NCBI GenBank assembly: GCA_964012805.1
Contig: CAXGUD010000013.1
Coordinates: forward strand, 1 to 64,000
DNA: 64,000 bases
Source: an uncultured Bacteriovoracaceae bacterium
GTDB lineage: Bacteria > Bdellovibrionota > Bacteriovoracia > Bacteriovoracales > Bacteriovoracaceae
Reading direction: 5' to 3'
This document shows positions 9,234 through 18,402 of this stretch, in pieces. Numbering within the stretch: position 1 is the first letter of the stretch; each line of letters starts with the position of its first letter. The notes under the pieces were generated by a model. The model saw nothing but the letters and a program-made list of their open reading frames with translations, did not search any database and had not been told where the DNA came from. Position numbers and translations under genes: made by a program.

Positions 9234-10352
9234 TTAAGCTGCTTGCTTTTTCTTCCACTCATGTGAAATGAAGTGGCTTTTGGGAAAAGGAAGCTTATTT
9301 AAGACAACATCCTCAAAAAAACTTGGAACATAATTGCAAGGAACCATTTGACCTGTATACTTGCCCTCAGGAGTTCTTCCCGTTTGCATCCAACGAAAAA
9401 TATCTCTCGTAATATAGTTTCCACTACTATCAAGTCCCAAGACTTCTGATATATGACTCGTCCTCCTTCCTCCATCATGATAACGACTACACTGAACAAC
9501 AACTTGCATAGCGCTTGCAACCATCTTTCTTATGGCATCAGGAGGTATTTGTGTATCACCCATCAAGCAGAGCGTCTCCAAGCGAGTGCACGCATCTAAA
9601 GGAGTGTTCGCATGAACAGTTCCCATTGAGCCATCATGGCCCGTATTCATAACTTGAACGAGGTCTAAAGCTTCGGCCCCCCTGACTTCACCAACAATAA
9701 TTCGATCAGGTCGAAGCCTCATTGCTGAAATAACAAGGTCTCTAATAGAGACTGCTGTTATTCCTCTTTGGGGGTCCTCTTTTCTTGTTTCGAAATTAAC
9801 AACATGTTCAGCGGCCACTTGTAACTCTGCTGCATCCTCTATAATAATGAGTCTTTGAGTTTTAGGAATTCTTCCTCCTAAAACATTCAGCATCGTTGTT
9901 TTACCTGAACCTGTACCACCTGAAACCACGATATTTTTTCCGAGATAAATACAAATATCTAAAAACCTTGCCCCTTCCTTAGATAAGGAACCAAAGTTTA
10001 TAAGGTCTGTAAGAGTTAAATCATCTTTTGAAAATTTTCTTATCGCAACAGTCGTACCATTTTTTGCCATAGGAGGAAGTACTACATGAATTCTAGAACC
10101 ATTAGGAAGACGAGCGTCCAAACGGGGATTTTCATCATCAATAACACGCCCCACTGATTGAGCAACCGCACGAAAAGCAGAAATTAAAGATTCCTCATCA
10201 GGAAACGTATTTTCTACTTTATAGACCAGTCCCTTTTGTTCCACAAAAATTTCTTTTGGGCCATTAATCATGATTTCAGAAATCTTTTCGTTCTTAAGAA
10301 GATCACCTATTGGATGAAGAAAATTTTCAATAGCATCTTCAAAAACGGACAT
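9234..10352 (-). CDS. cpaF: CpaF/TadA family pilus assembly ATPase
   Basis: Walker A GGTGSGKTT, IEDAAEL, RLRPDRIIVGEVRG, MNTGHDGSMGTVHAN. Confidence 0.92.
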   Translation of the reverse strand: MSVFEDAIENFLHPIGDLLKNEKISEIMINGPKEIFVEQKGLVYKVENTFPDEESLISAFRAVAQSVGRVIDDENPRLDARLPNGSRIHVVLPPMAKNGTTVAIRKFSKDDLTLTDLINFGSLSKEGARFLDICIYLGKNIVVSGGTGSGKTTMLNVLGGRIPKTQRLIIIEDAAELQVAAEHVVNFETRKEDPQRGITAVSIRDLVISAMRLRPDRIIVGEVRGAEALDLVQVMNTGHDGSMGTVHANTPLDACTRLETLCLMGDTQIPPDAIRKMVASAMQVVVQCSRYHDGGRRTSHISEVLGLDSSGNYITRDIFRWMQTGRTPEGKYTGQMVPCNYVPSFFEDVVLNKLPFPKSHFISHEWKKKQAA

Positions 10353-10355
10353 ACT

Positions 10356-10799
10356 TTATTTCTCCCTAGGTAGCCATTCTTTTTTATAACTCTTCCCTCC
10401 AATATTTGCTCGAACTTCCTTTTTTAGACCCTTTCTATAAACGATAAACTTCCCTTCAATTTTACCGGTTGGACAATAAAACTTATACACACCGTCTTTT
10501 TTAAAACTAACCAATCCCTCGGAAATTTTTCCCTTAGTTACAGACATAAAAAGAGATTTTTCAGGAACCATCAAACAAGTGCTAAGGTGACCTGGTAACG
10601 TTGAAGTTAAGTAAATTTTAATTTTTTCATTTGTAAAAACAGGTATATGCTTTGGATAGTATCCCTCGGGAGCTATAATTATGGAGATTTCCCGTGTAGG
10701 GTTTTTAAAATAGGTTTCCGTTAGATCCTGTGACTCGGCTTGGAAACAACATAGAAAAAAACCTAAAATGACAAAAAAAGATTTATTTATCCTTTTCAA
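10356..10799 (-). CDS. Exported cupredoxin-like domain protein
   Basis: Signal peptide; GYYP-HI-V and GVYKFYCP motifs; AGGAGG SD before TTG 10799. Confidence 0.65.
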   Translation of the reverse strand: MKRINKSFFVILGFFLCCFQAESQDLTETYFKNPTREISIIIAPEGYYPKHIPVFTNEKIKIYLTSTLPGHLSTCLMVPEKSLFMSVTKGKISEGLVSFKKDGVYKFYCPTGKIEGKFIVYRKGLKKEVRANIGGKSYKKEWLPREK

Positions 10800-10890
10800 A
10801 TGATGGCCTCCTTTTGTCAATTATACGACATAAGAAGGAGAAAACTTTAGTTACAAATGAATAATAAAGCCCTTATACAAAGAAAATTAT

Positions 10891-11607
10891 TTAAATAGTT
10901 TTATCAAAGAGGCTTGGGTTAATAGGCTTGAGGTTTTGGGGCTTATTTTTAGAAGGCCCCTTCTTTTTTGACTTAAAACCCTTTAATTTTTTAAAAATAA
11001 TTTTTATTTTCCCTTTTTCTTCTTGTATTAAAGGGTTCTTTTCATCTAGGCCATCTGGAATTGAATAGCTTTGCCTTATACGCATGAGTCTCTGAGATGT
11101 GATTCTTTTATTCCCTTTTTGATCAATCTTCTCATTTTTTTGGATCACATCACCAGCAACCTTTATTGTTCCATTTTTTATTTCTATATTAAGTGGAACA
11201 CCTTTTTTAGCTTCAAGGTTTAATATAAAGATCATCTCTTGACCGTTTTCTCTCCATTGACCAAGAGTTGCCCTTCTCCCTTTGCCTAGAGAATCCATCC
11301 CTTTAAAAAAATCATCTTTAAAAAAGTCATCTTTAAAAAATTCATCTTCAAAGAAGCCATCGAAAAACTTTTTCCCTACCCCATCCATAAAACTTTCTAA
11401 TTTTTCTTCCAAGTTATCAAACAACTCAGCTTTTAATTTAAAAGATTTTTTCAACTCCTCACTCATTCTTTTTTGCTTTTCTAAGAGTTTTTTTTGTAAT
11501 TCTTGAGAGTTTTTAAAGGGACTCTCGTCCCATGAAAAAGCACATAAGGAATGATAAGTAAAAAATAAGGGTAAAAAAAAGATGAAAAGGTTTGTGGCAG
11601 TTTTCAT
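10891..11607 (-). CDS. Signal-peptide-bearing Hsp20/alpha-crystallin-like protein
   Basis: N-terminal hydrophobic signal; FFxDD repeats; C-terminal LNIEIKNGTIKVAG...QSYSIPDGLD...KGKIKIIFKK resembles the alpha-crystallin strand pattern. Confidence 0.6.
   Translation of the reverse strand: MKTATNLFIFFLPLFFTYHSLCAFSWDESPFKNSQELQKKLLEKQKRMSEELKKSFKLKAELFDNLEEKLESFMDGVGKKFFDGFFEDEFFKDDFFKDDFFKGMDSLGKGRRATLGQWRENGQEMIFILNLEAKKGVPLNIEIKNGTIKVAGDVIQKNEKIDQKGNKRITSQRLMRIRQSYSIPDGLDEKNPLIQEEKGKIKIIFKKLKGFKSKKKGPSKNKPQNLKPINPSLFDKTI
11301..11367 (-). repeat. Degenerate 15-nt tandem repeat encoding FFDGFFEDEFFKDDFFKDDFFK
   Basis: ctttaaaaaa(a/g/t)tcat unit repeated about 4 times. Confidence 0.8.
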
Positions 11608-11632
11608 AATCTAATTAAAATAGCACTAAATC

Positions 11633-11687
11633 AGCCGAGAATAAAAAAAAAGGGAAGACATTCTTCCCTTTTTATTTTCTCTCGGCT
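11633..11687 (-). terminator. Terminator downstream of the FKBP gene, inside a long hairpin
   Basis: AGGGAAGA/TCTTCCCT core with A/T tracts, enclosed by AGCCGAGA/TCTCGGCT. Confidence 0.75.
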
Positions 11688-11705
11688 TTTAAAAAAGCCT
11701 ATGAC

Positions 11706-12440
11706 TTAGCCTTTAATCTTTTTAGGGCTTTTTTTTTCGTCCTTTCCTGACGCTTTAATAGTAAATAATTCAACTTCAAAAACAAGGGTCGATCCGCCTG
11801 GTATTTTTGGTGGAGCGCCATGTTCCCCGTAACCAAGCTCGGCAGGAATAACAAGTTTAATCTTCCCACCCTCTTTAATTAGTTGAAGTCCTTCAGTCCA
11901 CCCCTTGATAACTCTATTGAGAGGGAAAGAAACTTTTCTTTTTCTGTCCACGGAGCTATCAAAAACAGTCCCGTCAATAAGAGTCCCATGGTAGTGTACT
12001 TCAACAACGTCTGTAGGTTTTGGAAAATTTCCACTTCCCGCTTTCAAAATTTTATAGGCCAAACCGGATTTAGTTTTCTTAACACCTTCTTCTTTCAAGA
12101 AAGTCTCAAGGTACCCCTTTCCTTCTTTTTTAATTTTTGCGACATTACTTTTTCTACGTTTTCTAAAAATTTCCTGAACCTTCTTTTGGTAGCTCACAAG
12201 TTTTTCAACTTCAGTTTTTCTGCCTTGAGCAACATCTCCAAGACCTTTTTTTAAGGCCTTGAGTTCATTATCGGTAAGACTAAAACCTTTTAGCTGACGT
12301 CCCAGCATTGCACCTAGAGCATAAAATGTTTTGTCATCCTCTGTTTTTATTTCATACTTTGCTTCCTCCTTTTTACAGCCACCTAAAAAAAGAGAGAGAA
12401 CAATAGCTGAAATCATAAGTTTTACGGCATTTTTTTTCAT
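11706..12440 (-). CDS. fkpA: FkpA/Mip-type FKBP peptidyl-prolyl isomerase (lipoprotein)
   Basis: Lipobox LGGC; FKBP_N helices; VHYHGTLIDGTVFDSS, VIKGWTEGL, LVFEVEL. Confidence 0.9.
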   Translation of the reverse strand: MKKNAVKLMISAIVLSLFLGGCKKEEAKYEIKTEDDKTFYALGAMLGRQLKGFSLTDNELKALKKGLGDVAQGRKTEVEKLVSYQKKVQEIFRKRRKSNVAKIKKEGKGYLETFLKEEGVKKTKSGLAYKILKAGSGNFPKPTDVVEVHYHGTLIDGTVFDSSVDRKRKVSFPLNRVIKGWTEGLQLIKEGGKIKLVIPAELGYGEHGAPPKIPGGSTLVFEVELFTIKASGKDEKKSPKKIKG

Positions 12441-12511
12441 AAAATATCCTTTTTCTTAAACTACCACGGTCAAATAAACCCATAGTATTAAATACAAAAA
12501 TTGCTTAATTA

Positions 12512-13216
12512 TTATAAACCGGCCTCATCTAAGGCCACATTTGCTAGCTCATCGCATCTTTCATTTTGTGGATGTCCATCATGTCCTTTCACCCATCTAA
12601 AGTAAACTTTGTAAAACCCTGAGGCCAATTCGTCTAGCTTTTTCCACCTATCAACGTTTTCTGGTTCCTTTTTATCGGCTTTTTTCCAACCTCTTTTCTT
12701 CCAATTCACGACCCATTGATTCATTCCATCGACAACATATTTTGAATCGCTATATAAGTAGGCTTGAACATCTCCAAAAGGCGTCTTATTTTCTTCACAT
12801 TCTTTCTGCAATGCCTCCAGCGCCTGTATAGCACCTTCTAACTCCATTCGATTATTTGTAGTTTTGAAATCCACACCCGAAGCTTCAAACAAAAGCTCCC
12901 CATGAGAGTCTTGACCGATAGCTCCCCATGCACCCGGGCCAGGGTTTCCTCGGCAAGCTCCATCAGAAAAAAGAGCAAAACAAAATTCGTCTTTTTCCAT
13001 ATCATCCGGTAACAAAAAGCTACCTTTATTGGTTGTTTCCTTTTTAGTTTTTTTATCTTTTTTACTATTTAAAGAATTAGATAGTTTATACTCGATGACT
13101 TCGAGGGCCTCGAGGGCTTCATGATCATGTTCCAAGGCCTCCCTTAGTGACTTTAGAGAGCTTTGAAGCCTTTGTTCAACTTTTTGTTTTCCGTATAATT
13201 TCAAAAAAATTCCCAA
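12512..13216 (-). CDS. rnhA: Ribonuclease HI with N-terminal extension
   Basis: SDGACRGNPGPG, TTNNRMEL, DSKYV, WVKGH, NERCDELA; start uncertain. Confidence 0.93.
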   Translation of the reverse strand: MGIFLKLYGKQKVEQRLQSSLKSLREALEHDHEALEALEVIEYKLSNSLNSKKDKKTKKETTNKGSFLLPDDMEKDEFCFALFSDGACRGNPGPGAWGAIGQDSHGELLFEASGVDFKTTNNRMELEGAIQALEALQKECEENKTPFGDVQAYLYSDSKYVVDGMNQWVVNWKKRGWKKADKKEPENVDRWKKLDELASGFYKVYFRWVKGHDGHPQNERCDELANVALDEAGL

Positions 13217-13252
13217 TGTTAAGGTTTCAACAAAATCGAAAAAAGTTGCCCC

Positions 13253-14539
13253 TCAAACGAGCTGTAAAAATTTTCTTTTTCCAACTTTTAAAACCTTACC
13301 CGAAAAAGAGTCATCAAGGGCCAGCTCCGGATCCTCGACTTTTTCCCCGTCTACAAATCTAACAGCATTCTGCTTAACCATTCTTCGGACTTCCCCTTTA
13401 CTTTGAAGTAAACCGGATTCAAAAAGAATCGTAACAACATCTTGTCCTCTTACAAATTTATACTCAGGAATATCATCTGGAACTTGTTTCCTTTTGAAAA
13501 CAGCTTCAAATTTCTCCCTCATTTCTTTTCCTATATTATCTCCATGAAAAAAGCTCACAACTTTTTGTGCTAATTGCTTTTTACCCTCATTGGGATGGAG
13601 GCTTCCCGACTCTAGGCCTTCCTTAATAGTTGAAAACTCTTGTGGATCAACTCCAGCAACATGTTCGTAGTATTCAAGCATAACCTTATCAGGAATACTC
13701 ATTATCTTTCCAAACTTATCAAAAGGTTCATCTTGGATACCTATGGTATTCCCCAATGACTTACTCATTTTTTGAGAACCACAAGTTCCGTGAATAATAG
13801 GCAAGAGCATGGCCACTTGTGGCCTTAAACCTGCATTTCTTTGATAATCTCTTCCCATCAAAACATTAAATTTTTGATCTGTTCCACCCAATTCAACATC
13901 GGCTTTAATATAAATTGAATCAATCCCCTGAAGCATTGGATAGAAAAGCTCATGAAGGGAAAGGGATTGGTTTTGGTCGAGACGGTCTCTAAACGTCTCA
14001 TGAGAAAGGAGCTTGCTAACTGTTGTCTGGGATGCCCAACCAATAATATCTCTTAAAGTAACTTCCTCAAACCATTCCGTTTGATAACAAATCTCCGTTC
14101 TCTTTTCATCCAAAACGGTCATGACTTGGTCCATATAACTTTTAACATTTTGTTCAATTTGCTCTCTTGTTAAAGGAGGCCGTGACTCCGTCTTCCCAGT
14201 TGGGTCACCAATACCAGCTGTATAATCTCCAATAATCACAACGCCAATGTGACCTAGGTCTTGGAACTGCCTCATTTTTCTAAAAGGAACTGTATGACCG
14301 AGGTGTATATCTGCAGAGGTCGGGTCGATACCGCATTTAACTCTAAGTGGCTTGTTGTTTTTAATTGAAGACTTAAGCATTTCAAAAAATTCATCTTTTG
14401 GTGTGATCTCTACAGCACCAAACTCCAACCTTTTAAGTTGTCTCAGCGCTTCTTCAACAACCTTTGGATCCTCTTCATTCTCTGTTTGCTTCTCTTGATC
14501 TACGCTCACTTTTCCTTCCACTTTTTCTGCTACTAACAA
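13253..14539 (-). CDS. tyrS: Tyrosine-tRNA ligase
   Basis: GIDPT...HLGH, GGTDQKFN, KMSKS and a C-terminal S4 domain. Confidence 0.96.
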   Translation of the reverse strand: MLVAEKVEGKVSVDQEKQTENEEDPKVVEEALRQLKRLEFGAVEITPKDEFFEMLKSSIKNNKPLRVKCGIDPTSADIHLGHTVPFRKMRQFQDLGHIGVVIIGDYTAGIGDPTGKTESRPPLTREQIEQNVKSYMDQVMTVLDEKRTEICYQTEWFEEVTLRDIIGWASQTTVSKLLSHETFRDRLDQNQSLSLHELFYPMLQGIDSIYIKADVELGGTDQKFNVLMGRDYQRNAGLRPQVAMLLPIIHGTCGSQKMSKSLGNTIGIQDEPFDKFGKIMSIPDKVMLEYYEHVAGVDPQEFSTIKEGLESGSLHPNEGKKQLAQKVVSFFHGDNIGKEMREKFEAVFKRKQVPDDIPEYKFVRGQDVVTILFESGLLQSKGEVRRMVKQNAVRFVDGEKVEDPELALDDSFSGKVLKVGKRKFLQLV

Positions 14540-14712
14540 GCACCCTTATCTATATTCATTAGTTTTACACGTGTGATCATAGCCTAAGCATAATTTAATG
14601 AAAACTTTTTTTTCCTCTTTTAAGGTCTAACTATAAGTCTTTTCTTTTCAGAACTTTGTCCTCATGGTAACGATACTTTCTTGTTATTCATGGATGTTTT
14701 GCTGGAGCCCTT

Positions 14713-15210
14713 TTGAAAAAAGATTTCTCAATCAGAGTGTACAAGCAATATTTTAATTTTTCCTCTTCCCATTTTCTTATTTTTGAAAATGGCGAAAGGG
14801 AGCCTCTTCATGGTCATAATTATAGAGTCCAAATTAAAGGTAATGCTCCTCTCCAAACATCAGATATGGTTTTTGACTTTCTTGATATAAAGCCTATTGT
14901 CAGAGAAGTTTGTGACTCTCTGGATCATCGACTCCTATTACCTGGGGAAAACCCATCGCTCAAAATAGAACAATCTGAAAAGCAAATCTTATGTTTGACT
15001 CCTGACAACAGCCAATTTATCTTTCCTATACAGGATGTCATTATTTTACCCATCTCAAACACAAGTTCAGAGAGGTTGGCCATTTACATTTCATATGAAA
15101 TTAGGAAGAAAGTAAAAGAAAGGTTTTCCTTTACTTTTCCCAAGCTAGAAGTTGAAGTGGAAGAAACGCCCGGACAATCTGCAGTATATGTCCTTGAGGA
15201 GAATGATTGA
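14713..15210 (+). CDS. queD: 6-carboxytetrahydropterin synthase / PTPS family
   Basis: FSSSHF, EPLHGHNY, LDH, SSERLA, EETPG. Confidence 0.8.
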   Translation: MKKDFSIRVYKQYFNFSSSHFLIFENGEREPLHGHNYRVQIKGNAPLQTSDMVFDFLDIKPIVREVCDSLDHRLLLPGENPSLKIEQSEKQILCLTPDNSQFIFPIQDVIILPISNTSSERLAIYISYEIRKKVKERFSFTFPKLEVEVEETPGQSAVYVLEEND

Positions 15211-15890
15211 TGGAGTTTTTATCCCTAAAGCCTGGGAGAAGTGTGGAAGGAGACGAAATACCTTGCTTCCGCTCAGAAAATAAAGCAAGCAATTATGTAT
15301 ACCTGGTCGCAGGAACACATGGGGATGAAGTGGAAGGTGTCTACGTCCTTCAGCAGCTTTTTGACTGGCTTAAAGAAGATGAAGATGTAAATTTACCATT
15401 TATTATTTTACCGATATTGAATGTCGACGGCTATAGAGCAAGCACAAGGGTCAACTCACACGGGGTCGACCTTAACAGAAATTACCCCACTAAAAACTGG
15501 TCCTCCGAAGCTAGGGAAAAAAAATACTTTCCTGGAGAAAAAGCTCTCAGTGAGCCTGAGAATCAATTTCTTGAAAAGCTCTTCCAAAAGTATCCTCCAA
15601 GAATAATTATTAGCTTCCACTCTTGGAAACCGATGTTAAACTTTAACGGAGATTGTGAAAAAGTTGCTCAATTTTTAGAGTCTTATAATTCCTACCCAGT
15701 GGTAGCTGAAATTGAAGGCCACCCAACTCCCGGGTCTCTTGGTGAGTATGGACCAGAAAAATACAAGGCCCCAGTTCTTACATTTGAATGCCCGTTATTA
15801 TCAGAGGATGTATCACTTAGAAAGATTTGGGAGGAAAATCAACAAGGATTGAAAGAACTTCTCTTATCTAACCTTCTCGAAAGCAAGTAA
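15210..15890 (+). CDS. mpaA: Murein peptide amidase A-like M14 zinc carboxypeptidase
   Basis: HGDE, NVDG...R, VDLNRNYP, SEPE, SFHS, TPGSLG, TFE. Confidence 0.8.
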   Translation: MEFLSLKPGRSVEGDEIPCFRSENKASNYVYLVAGTHGDEVEGVYVLQQLFDWLKEDEDVNLPFIILPILNVDGYRASTRVNSHGVDLNRNYPTKNWSSEAREKKYFPGEKALSEPENQFLEKLFQKYPPRIIISFHSWKPMLNFNGDCEKVAQFLESYNSYPVVAEIEGHPTPGSLGEYGPEKYKAPVLTFECPLLSEDVSLRKIWEENQQGLKELLLSNLLESK

Positions 15891-15898
15891 CCTACTAC

Positions 15899-15931
15899 AA
15901 AAAAAAGGAGCTCCCCATAAGGAACTCCTCT
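15899..15931. terminator. Probable terminator between convergent genes
   Basis: A tract plus AGGAG...CTCCT stem. Confidence 0.6.
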
Positions 15932-15957
15932 CAAAAAAACTCATTATTTATTGATTG

Positions 15958-16797
15958 TTAGGCTTTGGTATATTTTATAACTTCTACAGGGCAAGCTTCT
16001 GCAGCTTCTACGATTCTTAATCCATCATTCATAGGAGCGTCAGGGCGTATAAGACAAGTCTCTTCCGTAACCTCAAAGACCTCCGGATAGATGCCTTCAC
16101 AAGCATCACAAACGATACAACCTGGATCAATCCAGACCTTAGAAACGGCAAAGTTTTCCACGGAGGCTGCTGCCTGTCCCCCTGCTGCAGCAAATTCACC
16201 AGCAAACTCAGGGTTTGTGGCGATTTTTAATTTTTTATTTGATTCTGGAATGGGATCAGCTATGAAGCTTCTCTTTGTCTGAAAATAGATTGGCTGCTTC
16301 TTCTCATCCTTATGCTTAGTTTGGAACTCTTCTGCTGTTTGAGATGCCTCACTTAACTTCCGAAGGAACCCATGCCCCTTCATATCAAATTGGTGAAAAA
16401 TTCCATTTTTTGTTGAGGAAATTTCGATCTGAACTAAAGCAGAATTGAGGCCCTTTGCCTTCATAAAACTGCTAAACCCCTTACCAAAATCCATATCCAT
16501 AGCGAAGCTCTTGCCCTGTGGGGTGAATTGTTTAGTCACTTCAACCTGCGTCGGCTCACCAAAAGGATTAAATAGCCTAAGCTTAATTTGATCAAACTTG
16601 GCAGGTTCCTTCTCATCATTCCACCGGAACCCAAAGGCGAAGCCACTTTCTCCAAGCCCCGTTTTAAGAAGCTCTACTTTAGGACCTCCAAAGAAGAATT
16701 CCATGGCCCCTGAAAGAAGACTCAAGCCTCCAAGAGAAACCAACAAACCTAGGGCCAAAATTATGGCTATCACCATAGAAATAAGTACGACATTCAC
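15958..16797 (-). CDS. Membrane-anchored protein with C-terminal monocluster ferredoxin domain
   Basis: GAGGAG SD with GTG 16797; N-terminal TM; C-terminal CIVCDAC...CPVEVI. Confidence 0.8.
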   Translation of the reverse strand: MNVVLISMVIAIILALGLLVSLGGLSLLSGAMEFFFGGPKVELLKTGLGESGFAFGFRWNDEKEPAKFDQIKLRLFNPFGEPTQVEVTKQFTPQGKSFAMDMDFGKGFSSFMKAKGLNSALVQIEISSTKNGIFHQFDMKGHGFLRKLSEASQTAEEFQTKHKDEKKQPIYFQTKRSFIADPIPESNKKLKIATNPEFAGEFAAAGGQAAASVENFAVSKVWIDPGCIVCDACEGIYPEVFEVTEETCLIRPDAPMNDGLRIVEAAEACPVEVIKYTKA

Positions 16798-16901
16798 GCA
16801 AAACTCCTCACAAACCCAAACTGTATTGTAATAACTATCTTGTCCTAATCGATTAACACCAATTATAACAGACAAAACAACGATTTTCCATACGGAAACC
16901 A

Positions 16902-16916
16902 ATAGATATTATCTAT
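16902..16916. promoter_or_regulatory. LysR/OxyR-type palindrome ATAG-N7-CTAT
   Basis: ATAGATATTATCTAT, upstream of a minus-strand extended -10 (TGTTATAAT, 16862-16870) of the ferredoxin gene. Confidence 0.45.
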
Positions 16917-16967
16917 CAATTAATTTTGTTTTAACTCTAGTAAAGGGATTTTTAAAGTTGCTCCGAA

Positions 16968-17951
16968 TTAAAAATGAGACTTTGTGGGCAAATTAAAATA
17001 GGGCGAAAAAAAACCTTTTTCTTCTCTCGATAAACCTAAGAGTTTGCCCTCTTGATTAGTAATCCATATTGGCTCAACAATCTTTCCTTGGTCAAAAGAC
17101 TCTTTTGCCCAACTAGCAACTCGGTTTCTACAAATTTGTTTTCCATTTATATAACCCAAGTCATTCGGTGGACTTAAAATTGCCTTCTTAAAAGGAAGAA
17201 TTTCATCCATTCTCAAAAGGCAATGAGGTGACCAATCCAAAGTTGTTCTAAACCTCTCTCCTTTAGGTAACCAGCCTTTCTCATTTAAGGCATCTTTGAT
17301 GGAAATCTTCCCTATTGACTCCCTAGTTAACGCCGCAAGAGTTCCAACCTCACCTAAACAATCTGCAATATCTTCAAACAAAGTACGTATGTAAGTACCA
17401 GAGCTTACTTGAACCCTAAAAAGAAAATAAGGGGCCTTTGCCGGAAGGACCTCTAACTTATAAATTTCCCTAAGAACAGGGTCTTTTTTAATGATTGCCC
17501 CCTCACGTGCCCACTTATAGAGGGCCTTTCCTTTATACTTCACAGCTGAAAATGAGGGCGGTGTTTGATAGTAATTTCCCAAAAACTTAGTCTTTAAATT
17601 ATCGTTAATATCTTTTAACTCTTTCAAGGATTCAATTGAGAAAGAAGATCTCTTCTCACGAATCACGCACCCTGTGTAATCACCAGTGTCCGTTTGAGAA
17701 CCAAACCGTCCCAAGGCCAGGTATGTTTTTGGAAGGTACTTGTGAACAAAATCATTTATTTTTGAAGCACCTCCAATGCCTAAAAGGAGAACCCCAGAGG
17801 CAAAGGGATCAAGAGTCCCAAAATGACCAATTTTGGTTTTTTTTGGCAGCATATGCTTAAAGCGATTTACAACATGCGCTGAAGTCACTCCACTTGGTTT
17901 GTAAACATTTAAAACAAAAGGCCCTTCGGGAACAGAACGGAGCATGGTCAT
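16968..17951 (-). CDS. truB: tRNA pseudouridine(55) synthase
   Basis: KPSGVTS, GHFGTLDPFASGVL, TDTGD, PPSFSAVK, GTYIRTL; follows rbfA. Confidence 0.93.
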   Translation of the reverse strand: MTMLRSVPEGPFVLNVYKPSGVTSAHVVNRFKHMLPKKTKIGHFGTLDPFASGVLLLGIGGASKINDFVHKYLPKTYLALGRFGSQTDTGDYTGCVIREKRSSFSIESLKELKDINDNLKTKFLGNYYQTPPSFSAVKYKGKALYKWAREGAIIKKDPVLREIYKLEVLPAKAPYFLFRVQVSSGTYIRTLFEDIADCLGEVGTLAALTRESIGKISIKDALNEKGWLPKGERFRTTLDWSPHCLLRMDEILPFKKAILSPPNDLGYINGKQICRNRVASWAKESFDQGKIVEPIWITNQEGKLLGLSREEKGFFSPYFNLPTKSHF

Positions 17952-18018
17952 AATCTCTTCAAAAAATAAAAAAAATAAGAGGTCCAAAGTTCATTTTTAC
18001 TTGGTAGACTTAGGACTC

Positions 18019-18378
18019 TTAGTGGCCACCCTTATCATTGTTAGAACTTAGAAGGTCATCTATTTTCTTTTCGGATTCAAACTGAGAGTCATAATAGAAC
18101 TCAATGGCTGGAGTATGCCTTGCCTTAAGCCTTGAAGCAAGAAGACCTCTAACTTTTCCTACAGCATTATCAAGCGCTTTTTTTGCGTCACCTCTTTTTG
18201 AGGAGTCAAAAGTATCCCAATAAACTTTCGCAACAGAGTAGTCACTATTTAACTCAACCTTGGTTATTGAAACAAAAGTTAGCCTAGAGTCTTTAATTTC
18301 ACTTCTAAAAATAAGGTTTATTTCTTTAATAAGCCCTTCTTGATATTTTTCCTTTTTAAATGCTTTTTGCTTTGCCAT
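18019..18378 (-). CDS. rbfA: Ribosome-binding factor A
   Basis: IKDSRL, VELNSDYSVAKVY, RHTPAIEFYYD; operon position. Confidence 0.93.
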   Translation of the reverse strand: MAKQKAFKKEKYQEGLIKEINLIFRSEIKDSRLTFVSITKVELNSDYSVAKVYWDTFDSSKRGDAKKALDNAVGKVRGLLASRLKARHTPAIEFYYDSQFESEKKIDDLLSSNNDKGGH

Positions 18379-18402
18379 TTTAAACCTCTACAAAAGCTTT
18401 CC

